Positions 22,201-33,175 of a DNA stretch of 64,000 bases are shown here, piece after piece. The position numbers were made by a program, and so were the translations under genes. Origin of the DNA: Trichechus inunguis (taxonomy: Eukaryota); assembly GCA_046562895.1 (NCBI GenBank), contig CM102164.1:32843842-32907841 (forward strand), given 5' to 3'. The notes under the pieces were generated by a model. That model saw only the letters and a program-made list of their open reading frames with translations. It was not told the origin of the DNA and searched no databases. Each line of letters begins with the position of its first letter. The stretch's first letter is position 1.

Positions 22201-23480
22201 CCAGCTGAAGGGGAGTTGCTGGGATAGTTTTTTTGTGGTACATACCAGGGCTGACAGTGCAGACCGGGAATCAGTGCAGGGCAGGTTCCCATAGGCCGTG
22301 CCTGTGTTGCTTGGGAGTGTGATGTTCAGCACACGGTGCAGGTAGGCAGGAAGGAGGGTGTAGATTGTGATGTGTGGAGCTAAGATAGGTATGGGAAAGA
22401 TGAGAGAGATAAGAGAGGAACAGGAGCCAAAGACATACACACAAACAAAAAAGAGTGCTAAGGGAGCTTGCTACTGGAGTGGAGAGATGAGAGACAGAAA
22501 TGGGGAAAAACAAAAATGAAAAAAAAGAAAAAGGGTAAAAGAAATGAATAAATTGAGAACTTGGAAATGAAGAAAGACAAAAAGGAAATAAGAGAGAGAA
22601 GAAAACTAAACAAAGAAATGAAAAAAAAAAAACAAGAAAGAAAAAGAAAAAAGAAACACCCCCAGGGATGTCCCTGTGTGTCTGCGCAGAGTAAGGGACT
22701 AGCTTCCCAGCCACATGGTACTGCCTGGCTAGAAGGGGCTCCCAGGCTGAGAAAAGAAGAAGAAAACAAACAAATCAAAACAGAACAAATCAAAGCAAAC
22801 AAACAAAAAACCCCGGGGGTCCCACCAGCATGGTGGCATGGGGCCGGGAAGCAGTTTCACAGGCAAGCAGTGTTTTGCAGCCTTTCAGGAAGAAGCGAAG
22901 ATGGCACACGGAACCACATATTTGAGAGAAATGAGGAGGAGGTGGTGAGAGGTAAGGAAGAAATAAATCTAAAGCAGAAAAACGCAACACAAGCAGCCAA
23001 CAAATGGCACTCAGGGAGCTGGCCAGTGTGGGCGGGTGGAACCCAAGCAGCACTGGGGGGCAGCTCATGCTTCCCGGCCAATAGACTGTGGCTGCAGGAA
23101 GCAGAGGAGGCTAAATGGGGGTGAAGAAGGGTGGGGGGTAGGAAAGCCTTTATCGTGGATTATCAGATGTTCTGTCTCCTGCTGGAAGCTCCGTGAAGCT
23201 GCTTTGTCATACGTCCTGTTCACTGATTTCCAATAGGAGTCCAGATGGCAGATCCATGCTGTGGTAGCTGATAGGGGACCTCTGCATGTATCTCTCCTCG
23301 CAGTCTGTTCTCAGTCAGTTTCTTATTCCATTCGTTGCTTGGCTGAGTTCTTTATCTCTTCATTTGATGGTTAGAGTTTCAGGATTGACGTGTGACTGTT
23401 TGACTTAGTTTTTCTGATCTTTGCTGCAGAGGGACAGCGTGGTGCTTCTGACTATAGCTCCATGTTGCCCGGAAGTCCTG
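19299..23480 (-). mobile_element. L1 copy A: 5'UTR, ORF1 remnant and inter-ORF spacer fused directly to the last about 75 codons of ORF2 plus the 3'UTR and poly-A (ORF2 almost completely deleted; HAL1-like architecture)
   Basis: 3' end: poly-T 19333-19351 plus the 19-bp tag. 3'UTR 19352-20165. ORF2 end 20165..20377 (..ITWMKLEDVMLSGISQSQKDKYCMRPL..) and the YIPRSGIAF/AIPLLG region to 20528. From 20529 the sequence (attttgtagtgctttgttttgtgttgctgacgttttcttgttcc...) is collinear with 43039-43560 of copy C, which is the spacer between ORF1 and the ORF2 ATG. ORF1 pieces 21007..21222 (..NCQPRLIYPAKLWLKYDGEIRSFPDKQKLRDYVKTKLKLQDLLKEVF) and 21360..21656 (..TLQVIGVPEQGEKTENTERIIEELLTENFPNIMKDEKL..). 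5'UTR 21700-23480 matches the copy C 5'UTR (44480-46118) to its end. Confidence 0.75.
20165..20528 (-). pseudogene. L1 ORF2 C-terminal remnant retained in copy A
   Basis: ..WMKLEDVMLSGISQSQKDKYCM.. and upstream antisense ttccatctttttgctattatgaacagtgcttcaaatgaatatgggtgtgcatatgtctgtt..tattcctaggagtgggattgc (YIPRSGIA / AIPLLG motifs). Confidence 0.75.
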
Positions 23481-26400
23481 ATTCTATAAATTTTTAAATT
23501 TCATCCTTGATTTCTTCTGTTACCTAGTAGTTTTTAAGCAACATGTTGTTGAGTTTCCATGTATTTGATTTTTTTCCTTGCTGTTTTTGTTATTGATTTC
23601 ACTTTTATGGCATTATGATCAGAGAAGATGTTTTGTAATATTTTGATGTTTCGGATTCTGTTAAGGCTTGGTTTGTGGCCTAAAATGTGGTCTATTCTGA
23701 AGAATGTTCCATGCGTGTTGGAAAATAATGTATGCTTGGCTGCTTTTGGGTGGAGTTTCCTGCATATGTTTATGAGGTCGAGCTGGTTGATTGTGGCATT
23801 TAGATCTTCTATATCTTTATTGAGTTTTTTCTAGATGTTCTGTCCTTCACCAAAACTGGTGTGTTGAAGTCTCCTACTATTATTGTGGAGCTGTTTCTCT
23901 TTGCAATGCTGTTAGTTTTATGTATTTTGGAGCCCTGCCATTGGGTGTGTATATATTTATTATGGTTATGTCCCTCTTGATGTATTGAGCCTTTAATCAT
24001 TATATAGTGACCTTCCTTGTCCTTTGTGGTGGATTTTGCTTAATAGTCTATTTTGTCAGAGATTAATATTGCCACTCCTGCTCTTTTTTGGTTGTTGTTT
24101 ACTTGATATATTTTTTTCCATCCTTTGAGTTTTAGTTTGTGTCTTTGAGTCTAAGGTTGTCTCTTGTAGGCAGCATATAGATGGATCTTTTTTTTTTATC
24201 CATTCTTCCACTCTCTGTCTCTTTATTGGTGCGTTTAGTCCATTTACATTCATTGTAATTACTGATAATATGAGTTTACTGCTGTCATTTTGATCTTTTT
24301 TTTTTTTGTGGGGTTGACTGTTTCTTTGTTACACTTAATTTTTCTGTGCTGAGTTGTTTTTGTTTATTTATTTTCTTTTCATCATTTCCATTATTGTTGA
24401 TTTTGTGTCTGCTGAGTATGTTTTCATTCTTTTTTATTTTGATGGGTAGCTTCCTTTGCTAGCTAACTTTGTTAGTTTCCTTTGTGGTCACCTTAAAATT
24501 TAACCTTTATTTTTCTAAATTTAAACCAGTCTTTTATTTCTTGATATTGTCTTGACTTCCTCTCCTTATGGTAGTTCTACGACTACACTATTTATTTCAT
24601 CTTTTTTGTTTTGAAGATTCTATTGTTTATATATTGACGTCTCTGATTCCCTATTTTCAGTCTTTTAGCTTTGTTTTGTTTTTGTGAATTCCCAATATGG
24701 GTCTGTATCTGGTTGATCTGCCCTGTGTCCTAGCTTTGGATTGTTGCCTGATTTTGTTGGTTCTCTAACCATAGGTCTGTCTTTAATATTTCTTGTGATT
24801 TTGGTCTGATTTTTACAAATTCTCTTAGTTTCTGTTTATCTGAAAATGATATAATTTTGCCGTTGTATTTGAGAGACAATTTTGCTGGATATATAATTCT
24901 TGGCTGACAAATTTTTTCCTTCAAGGCTTTATATATATTATCTCATTGCTTTCTTGCCTGTATGGTTTCTGGTGAGTAGTCAGAGCTTAGTCTTATTGGT
25001 TTTGCTTTGTAGGTGACTTTTCATTTATCCTTAGTCATTGTAAGAATTCTTTCTTTGTCTTTGGTTTTGGCAAGTTTGATTATGATATGTGTTGGTGACT
25101 TTCTTTTGGGGCCTATCCTATACAGGGCTCATTGAGCTTCTTGGATAGATATCATCTCATCTTTCATGATATTAGGGAAGTTTTCTGCCAGCAAATCTTC
25201 AACAATTCTCTGTGTTTTCTGTTATCTTCCTCTGTTCTGGTAGTCTGATCACTCATATGTTTTTCTGTTGATAGCATCCCTCATAATTCTTAGGCTTTCT
25301 TCATTTTTTTCATTCTGTTTTGCTGATTTTTCCAAATTAGTGTCAAGGGATTTATCTTCAGTCTCACTGATTCTGATTTCCATTGTCTCAGTTCTGCTCT
25401 ATGACCGTCTATCGAGTTGTCTAATTCTAACATTTTCTTGTTAACCTTTTCGTTTTCTAGTTGTTATTTTTGTATAGTTTCTAGCAGCTTGTTTATTCTG
25501 TCATTTTGTTCTTGTATTGTTTTCCTGAATATTCTATTGCTGTGTGTTGCTTGGTTTGGTTTGAGTTTTGCCTGATCTCCTCCTTGATATCTTTGAGATC
25601 TCTATTAGTCTTTTGAATTCTTATTCAGGTAGTTTCATCGCCTTTTCTTCCTCTGGAAGATTTTCTGGTTCTTTATTTTGGTCACTTGCTGGAGCCATCT
25701 TGTCCTGCTTCTTTATGTGATTTGATATTGACTGTTATCCCTGGTGGTGCAGTGGTTAAGTGATACTGCTGCTAACAAAAATTTTGTGGTTAAATCCACC
25801 AGCTGCTCCTTGGAAACCCTATAGGACAGTTCTCTCATAAAACCCCAGATGGCAACGGGTTTGTTTGTTTTTGGTTATCTCCAAATCATCAATGTTATTA
25901 TATTTATTTATTTATTGTATTTTTGTTTACTGCATCCTGTTTTTTGTTTTGTTTTGATATGTCCAAGTAAGCTAGGTGTGTGTACTACTCTGGTCATTGG
26001 CATCATTGAAACTCTCACCCCCTCTCTCCAGGTGGTCAGAGCAGCTACTCTGTGTGTGAGACTGGGAGTCTCTTCACTGTTCCTGCAGGGGTGCTGAAGA
26101 TGTAGGTAGAGATTTTTAGTGAGGTGATGAATCTGTCCTACTTTTTACCTGGCCGAGAGTACGGGGGTGTTCTTCCTGGTCTTCGGCTTGGGTGTTGTGT
26201 GTGTGTTCCACTGCTTACCAGTTGTTCAGGGCATAGGTGGCAAGGTTGTTGGTTACCAAGTGTGTGGTGTGGAGACTATCACCTATAGTCCTGGGTGGGC
26301 AGAGCTATGTGGGGGTGTTTGGAGCAGGCACAGGTCTCTGGTTGCAATGGGAGAGGGGGCAATATGAAGGGCAAGGCAGGGGGCTCTTTGCGCTCCCAGG

Positions 26401-27330
26401 TGTCCAGCTGGAGGGCGTGTGACTGTCTGCTTGACTGCATAATGGGGCGGGGGGTAGTGCAGCTGGTCCTTGAGTGTCCAGTGCCGTTGGCTGGAGGGAT
26501 TGAGAGGCACCACTAATTCTCAGGCCCCTGTCATGGGTGGCTAGATGGAGTGGGTAGTCCTGCCAGCCCTCAGGCTCCTGGTGTGGGTGGGTGAGGCCCC
26601 TTCTTAGGTGGTGTTAAATGTCACAAATCTGCAGCTCCCATTTGGCTGCTGTATGTGAAAATGCGCTTCAGGTGGATGCCTCGCCCATTTTATCCTAATG
26701 AGGGTATGCGGGTATGCCATGCTGGATTAGCCTGCAAGGCCCTGGTGCTGGTAATTGGCAAGGGTGAAGGGTGCTACAAGTCTGTGGAACCCCTACACAA
26801 GTGGCTGGGTGAAGGAGTGAATGCCTCTGGTCCCAGCCACGAGTTCTTGGCTTAGGTGCTGTGGTGGTGTTGAATGCTGCGCTGGACTAGTGTTGGAGCA
26901 GGGAGGGGGATGGATGAGGAGAAGGGAGTGCTCCCTAGCCATGGAGCTCTGGTGGGGGGAAGGGTTATGTTGTACATGCAGTGGTTTGGGAACTTGCACT
27001 TAACTTTCTCAGGTCTGGTTTCCCTCCCGTTTGGTTCTGGAGGTGCCTGCAGATTCGTTGCTGCTTAGCTGCGCCAGATGGAGTGGATTTCAGCTTGAGA
27101 TATTGCTGCTTGCTTCAACCTGTGTTCACTGTGCAGATTCAACTAGCAGGACACCAGGGATCCCGTGATCCATAATTCCCTATTTCTGCTGTTTTTGAAT
27201 TGTCTCTCCTCCCACTTGTAGCTCAGTCTGATTTTTCCGCTTTGTCTTTGATGATTAAGGTCCCTAGATTGTGGTGTATATCCAATTCACTTGTTTTTTT
27301 AGGTCTTTGTTGTAAGAGGAATGACAGAAG
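23480..27330 (-). mobile_element. L1 copy B: ORF2 first about 770 bp (EN domain), inter-ORF, ORF1, and a CpG-rich monomer-type 5'UTR. 3' portion absent (it abuts the 5' end of copy A).
   Basis: Minus ORFs 24056..24253 (MNVNGLNAPIKRQRVEEWIKKKDPSICCLQETTLDSK..; ORF2 start), 23809..24000 (..[20 protein letters not shown]..; EN) and 24730..24924 (..KICQPRIIYPAKLSLKYNGKIISFSDKQKLREFVKIRPKSQEILK; ORF1 C-terminus). GC-rich region 26100-27250 shows imperfect tandem units (tcaggcccctgtcatgggtggctagatggagtgggtagtcctgccagccc / tcaggctcctggtgtgggtgggtgaggcccc). Confidence 0.75.
25738..25880 (+). mobile_element. AfroSINE (5'-truncated by about 5 nt) nested in the L1 copy B 5'UTR/ORF1 boundary
   Basis: ccctggtggtgcagtggttaagtgatactgctgctaacaaaaattttgtggttaaatccaccagctgctccttggaaaccctataggacagttctctc...gcaacgggtttg. 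Flanks gttatc / ggttatc suggest a 5-6 bp TSD. Confidence 0.8.
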
Positions 27331-27369
27331 GGTCTGACTATTCCACCGTCTTGACCCTGCCTCTTCCAT

Positions 27370-27570
27370 TTAATCTTTGACAACTTCCAATTTTCCTAGG
27401 TTCATACTTCATAAATTCCACATTCTGATTATTGATGGATGTTTGCAGCTGTTTCTTCTCATTTTCATTCATACCACATCAGCAAATGTAGGTCCCGAAA
27501 GCTTACTCTATGCATGTTATTAAAGTCGACTCTACTTGGTGGAAGCAGCACTTCCCTAGCAGGACAAACT
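27370..27570 (-). mobile_element. RTE fragment (endonuclease-domain region, antisense)
   Basis: ccaattttcctaggttcatacttcataaattccacattctgattattgatggatgtttgcagctgtttcttctcattttcattcataccacatcagcaaatgtaggtcccgaaagcttactc. I recognise this as the 5' part of RTE1-type elements, but only from memory of the consensus. The coding sense (minus) gives ..KQLQTSINNQNVEFMKYEPRKIGSCQ... Confidence 0.45.
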
Positions 27571-27579
27571 GACAGATGA

Positions 27580-28850
27580 GTGGGGAAGTCAACACATAAG
27601 GACAAATATTGTATGATCCCTCTTCTATAACAAGAAAAGAATAGACATATGTAAAGAGACCAATTTTCATTGGTGGTTCCCAGGGGATGAAGGGCGAAGT
27701 ATGCTCTAGATTGCAGTTGTTATTGTTGTTGATGGGAAAAGAGGCAATGAATGTGGATGTAGTGAGCACAGCACAACCCAAGTAAATGATGCTGCTGAGA
27801 AGCACTTATTAGAAAAGAATGCTGTATAAAAGAATTTGACATATATAAGAATGTAACAACTCCAAAAAATGAGTTTAAGATCACATAAGGATGAGTACAA
27901 GCATATATGTGTATGGGTAAGTACAGATGTATTCATATGTGAGAATGGATTGAAGTATCTGTATGTATGCATAAATACAGATATGTGTGGACAGGCACAT
28001 ATATCCATTAAAAACACAACTATAGATACTCCTCAGAGATACTCAAACAACTTCCAAGATCAGTTTTCTAAATTTGAAAACTTAGGACCATAGTCTCATG
28101 GGACAACTGAGTCAATTGGTATAATATAGCTCACAAAGTTCATGTTCTTCATCCTAGTGAGGTGAGTAGCATCTGGGGTCTTAAAAGCTTATGAGTGGCC
28201 ATCTAAGATGTAACTATTGGTCTCTTCGTCAGGAGAAAAGAGTAAAAAGGTAACCAAAATCACAGAGAAGAAACAAGTCTGCAAGACTGATAACCTACAT
28301 GAGCCATGATCTCAACTACCCTGAGACCAGAAGAACTAGGTGGTGCCCAGCTACTACCACTGACCAATCTGACCAGGGGCCCAATAGATGATCTTGGTTA
28401 GAATGGGAGAAAAAATGCAGTTAAAAACTCAGATTTTTAAAAGTGGCCAGACTAATCAGACCATCTGAGGCCAGAGAACTCCCTGAGACTATCACCCTGA
28501 GATGTTCTTTAAACCTTGAACCAAAACTATCCCCTGAGATCACCTTTTAGCAGAGTGACTCACAAAATAAAACATACTACCCGTTATATCAGTGCTCTAC
28601 TAAAAAAAATCTGTAGGAGTCCAAAAGGTCAACATTGAATCCAAAGCAAAGATGAGATGATAAGGGAGTGGGGAAACTAGAATACTCAAAATGCAACAAC
28701 CAGAACACAATTAATGAGAATATTGACAGAAGGTGACAAATATAACTAATATCTATTTTTGTGGAAATCGTCAAGTGGGAACTTAACTTGCTGGGTAAAC
28801 TTTCACCAAAAGCACAATAAAATATTATTAAAAAAAAAAAAACCGCAAGG
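27580..28850 (+). mobile_element. L1 extreme ORF2 end plus 3'UTR plus poly-A (5'-truncated insertion, sense strand)
   Basis: gacaaactgacagatgagtggggaagtcaacacataaggacaaatattgtatgatccctcttc (..KDKYCMIPL.), then about 1.2 kb of 3'UTR homologous to 54085-54885 and, in antisense, to 30395-31440. Ends in a poly-A tail at 28832-28848. Confidence 0.75.
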
Positions 28851-29994
28851 AGAGGTTTTGAATTTAAGAGTGTGAAAGCAGCCTCTGGGTAATCTCCTTC
28901 AGAAAGACATCAGAAAGAGTCAATTCTTCTCCCCCAGGCCCATCTCATTTCCAAGGGTCAGTGGCCAGGGCAGGCTTTGTCAGCCCAGGGAGGTGAGCAC
29001 AGGGGAGTCCTGGCCAGGGGGCAAGAGCCAAATCCAGAGCAGCTTTGCGCTCTCCCTGCAGGGCTCTAGAGGTGGTGGGGAGGAGGGGAGGGGGGACATC
29101 AATAGCCCAAGGACAGAAATGAGGTCAGGGCCTAATTTCAAAGAATAGGAAGCCAAAGTCCAGAGAGGGTGGGGTTTGCTCCGGGTCACAGATAGGCCCT
29201 GGAACCACAGGTTCCACGACTCTTCTCCCCTCACCAGGGGCCTCTCATAGGCTACAGCCTGCTGTCCTAGCAAAATGAGCACTTCTCCCCTTCCCTTGTC
29301 CATCCCGCATATTCTGCTATTTTCCAGTGAGTGGGGAACTCCTGCTTTTGTTTTGCCTTTCTGCCCCTCTCTAACCTGTGTGTCTTCTTTCACCCTCATC
29401 CAAAAGGCTGGGACAAAAGTCAGAATGGACACTTGAACTAAGAAAGACTGAGATCTGGTCCCTACTAACTTGAATATGGTCTTGGCCCCATCAGAGCTGT
29501 GCAGAGCCTAGGTTTCTTTATTCTTTAAATGGAATCATAATCCTCCTCTGGCTGCCCTACACAAGAGCCCTGAGTATCAAATAAACTAATGAAAAATGGT
29601 TCATTGCCTTTGAAAGCACTATTTAGATTTACGTTTACATTATTAAAGAAAGTTATAGCTTGTGGTTGGTGTGAGCACTAGACTGGGAATCAGAAATTCT
29701 ACCACTTACCAGAATATTTTGGTTATATTTCTCATCTTTAAAAAATGGGCATATAAAAAATATCTACTGCACTGTTCATCCAGTCATTATTTCCTTCATT
29801 CAACAAGCATACGTTGAGCACCTACTTTGTACCAGGTTATCATTCTAGACACTGGGACTCAGCATTGAACAAAGCAGAAGGAGCCCCTGACCTAATGTTG
29901 CATTATGTTCTAGTGCACATTGTCTATTTTAATATCTTAATAGTTTATGTATTTATTGTCTGTCAACAAGCATGTGAAAAGATGCTCATTGTCA

Positions 29995-30295
29995 TTAGCC
30001 ATTAGGGAGACGCAAATCAAAACCACAGTGAGATGCCACCACACCCCCATTAGAGTGGCAATGATTAAAAAAAAAAAACACTAATAACAGGTGTTGGAGA
30101 GGATGTGGAGAAATTGGAACCCTCATCCGTTGCTGATGGGAGTGTAAAATGGTACAGCTGCTATGGAAAACAGTTGGCAGTTCCTCAAAACGCTGAACAT
30201 GGAACTACCATATGATGCAGTAATTCCAATCCTAGATATATACCCTAGAATTGAAAGCAGGAATACAAACAGAAACTTGGACACCAGTGTTCATT
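29995..30295 (+). mobile_element. L1 ORF2 C-terminal-domain fragment (sense)
   Basis: Translates to ..[56 protein letters not shown]....[19 protein letters not shown] (compare human ORF2 [80 protein letters not shown]). Confidence 0.75.
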
Positions 30296-30592
30296 TTTTT
30301 AAAAATATATTTTATTGTCCTTTTGATGAAAGTTTACACAGCAAGTTAGGTTCCTCTTTGACAATTTCCACAAAAATTGATCAATGATATTAGTTATATT
30401 TTTCACGTTGTGTCAATATTCTCATTAACTGTGTTCTGGTTGTTCCATTTTGAGTAGTTTCCCCACACCCTTATCATTTCATCTTTGCTTTGGATTAAAT
30501 GTTGACCTTTTGGACTCCTACAGATTTTTTTTAGTAGCGGACTGATATAACGGGCAATATTTTTTATTTTATGTGTCACTCTGCTTGTCATG

Positions 30593-31093
30593 GTTTGAAT
30601 TATGTCCCCCCAAAAATGTGTGTATCAATTTGGCTGGGCCATAATTCCCAGAATTGTGTGGTTGGCCTCCATTTTGTGATTGTAAATTTATGTTAAAGAG
30701 GATTAGTGTGGGATTGTAACACCACCTTTACCCAGGTCACATCCCTGTTCCAATGTAAAGGGAGTTTCCCTGGGGTGTGGCCTGCACCACCTTTTATCTC
30801 TCAAGAGATAAAAGGAAAGGGAAGCAAGCAGAGAGTTCGGGACCTCATACCATCAACAAAGCAGTGCTGGGAGCAGAGCGCGTCCTTTGGACTGGGGTCC
30901 CTACGCAGAGAATCTCCTAATCCGGGGGAACACCAAACAGAAGAAGGCCGACAGAGAGAAAAAGCCTTCCCGTGGAGCTGACGCCCTGAATTTGGACTTT
31001 TAGCCTTCTTTGACTGTGAGGAAATAAATAAACTCTTCGTTGAAACCATCCACTTGTGGTATTTCTGTTATAGCAGCGCTAGATGACTAAGGC
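30593..31093 (+). mobile_element. Family Y LTR-like element nested inside the 3'UTR of L1 copy D
   Basis: tgtcatggtttgaattatgtcccccaaaaatgtgtgtatcaatttggctgggccataattcccag ... gaaataaataaactcttcgttgaaaccatccacttgtggtatttctgttatagcagcgctagatgactaaggca. The L1 3'UTR resumes after it (cactctgct | insert | ctgcttttctgctaaaaggtgatctcagggg; compare the uninterrupted plus copy 28528-28560). An apparent 5-bp TSD ctgct is present. Confidence 0.7.
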
Positions 31094-33175
31094 ACTGCTT
31101 TTCTGCTAAAAGGTGATCTCAGGGGATAGTTTTGGTTCAAGGTTTAAATAGATACTTCAATCTGTTCTCACGTATGAATACACCTGTACCTACCCGTATA
31201 CGTATATGCATATATCTATCCATATGTGATCCTAGACTCGTTTTTTTTCTTTGTTGGAGTTGTTGCCCTTTTATATATGTCAAATTCTTTGGTACAGTCA
31301 TCCTTTTCTCATGAGCGCTTCTCAGTGACATCATTTACTTTGGTCATGTTGTGTTCACTACGCCCACATTCAGTTCCACTTTTCCCAACACCAACAATAA
31401 CAAGTATCTACAATGTACAGTATGCTTCCCCCTCCCTCCCCTCCTCCTCCTGCTAACCACCAATGAACACTAGTATCTTTATGTATGTCTATTCTTGTCT
31501 TCTTATAAAAGAGGGATCATACAATATTTGTCTTTACGTTCTTGACTTATTTCACTTAGCATTATGCCCTCCAGGTCCATCTATATTAGAAAATGTTTTG
31601 TGAACTCATCATTGTTCTTAATGGTTGTGTAGTATGCCATTATGTGTATGTACCACATTTTGCTTATCCATTATCCTTTCATTCACTAAGGGGCACTTTG
31701 GTTGTTTCCATATTTTTTGCTGCTGTGAATAAAGCTGCAGTGAACACAGGAGTGCGTATATCTGTTTAGGCCTCTAGCGTATATACCTAGGAGTGGGATT
31801 GCTGGATCATAGGGTATTTCTATTTCTAGTTTTTTGAAGAAGCAGCATTTCATTTTCAATAGTGCTTTTACCATTTTACAGTGCCATCAGCAATGGATAA
31901 AGATTCCAGTCTTCCCACTTCCTTTCCAACAGTTGTTATCTGTTTGTTTTGTTTTGTTTTTGTCAGTGCCATTTTAGCTAGTGTGAGATGGTATCTCATT
32001 GTAGTTTTGATTTGCATCTGTCTAATGGCTAATAATCTTTTGAGCATCTTTTCAGGCATTTGTTGGCTGCTTTAATGTCCTCTTTGGTGAAGTGTCTGTT
32101 CATGTCCTTTGCCCCCCTTTTTTATTTTTATTTTGTTGTTGAGTTGTTGAAGTTTCCTACGTATTTTTGAGATTAGGCTCTTATTGGATATGTCATTTCC
32201 AAAATTTTTCCCCATTCTGTACGTTCTCTTTTTACTCATTTGATAATGTCTTTTGATGAGCTTAAGTTTTTGATTTTTATGAGATCCCATTTACCTATCT
32301 TGTCTTCTTCCTTTTGTGCATTTGTTGTTATGTTTGTTATCCTATTTTTACAAAAGATTAGGTCCCGTAATTTTCTTCCAATGTTTTCTTCCAGGAATTT
32401 TATAGTTTTTGGTTTAACATTTAGGTCTTTGATACATTTTGAGTTAGTTCTTGTGTATGGTGTGAGGTATAGGTCCTGTTTCGTTTTTCTGCAAGTGGAT
32501 ACCCAGTTTTGCCAGCACCATTTATTAAAGACACTGTTTTTGCCTCGTTGAATGGACTTTGACCACTTGTCAAAAATCAGTTGTCCATAGATGACTGGGT
32601 TTAATTCTGAGTTCTCAGTTCTATTCCACAGGTATATGTGTCTATTGTTGAACAAATACCACTAGCCTGTTTTGAGTACAGTGGCTGTATAGTATGTTTT
32701 GATATCAGGGAGTGTGCAGCCTAGTGCTTTGTTCTTTGTCTTCAGTATTGCTTTGGCTATTTGGAGTTTCTTTTCCTTTCATATGGAGTTGGTTGTTTTT
32801 CCATTTCAGTAAAGAATATTGTTGGGATTTGTATTAGGGTTATGTTGTATCTGTAGATCACTTTAGGTAGAATTGACATTTTCAGTATATTAAGTCTATC
32901 AGTCAATGAGCACGGAATGTCTTTCCATTTTTGTATAGTCTCCTGTAGTAGTGTTTTATAATTTTCACTGTATAAGTCTTCTATGTCTCTGGTTAAGTTA
33001 ATTCCTAGGCATTTTATCGCTTTGACGGTATTGTTTTCTTGATTTCTTTTTCAGAGTACTCTTTGTTAGTGTAAAGGAATACAACTGATTTTTGTATGTT
33101 GATCATGTACCCTGCAAAGTTGTTGAATTCTTCTATTAGATCCAGCAGTTTTCTTGTGGAATCATTAAGGTCTCT

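Noticed and set aside
22561-23124. 187-aa ORF as a real coding gene or ORF0 homologue
   Set aside because: It lies in a purine-rich low-complexity tract where stop codons are compositionally excluded, and the frame is not preserved in the homologous region of copy C.
28980-29432. 150-aa minus-strand ORF as a protein-coding exon
   Set aside because: No recognisable domain, no start or splice context that I can verify, and a GC-rich region inflates ORF length. Retained only as a GC-island observation.
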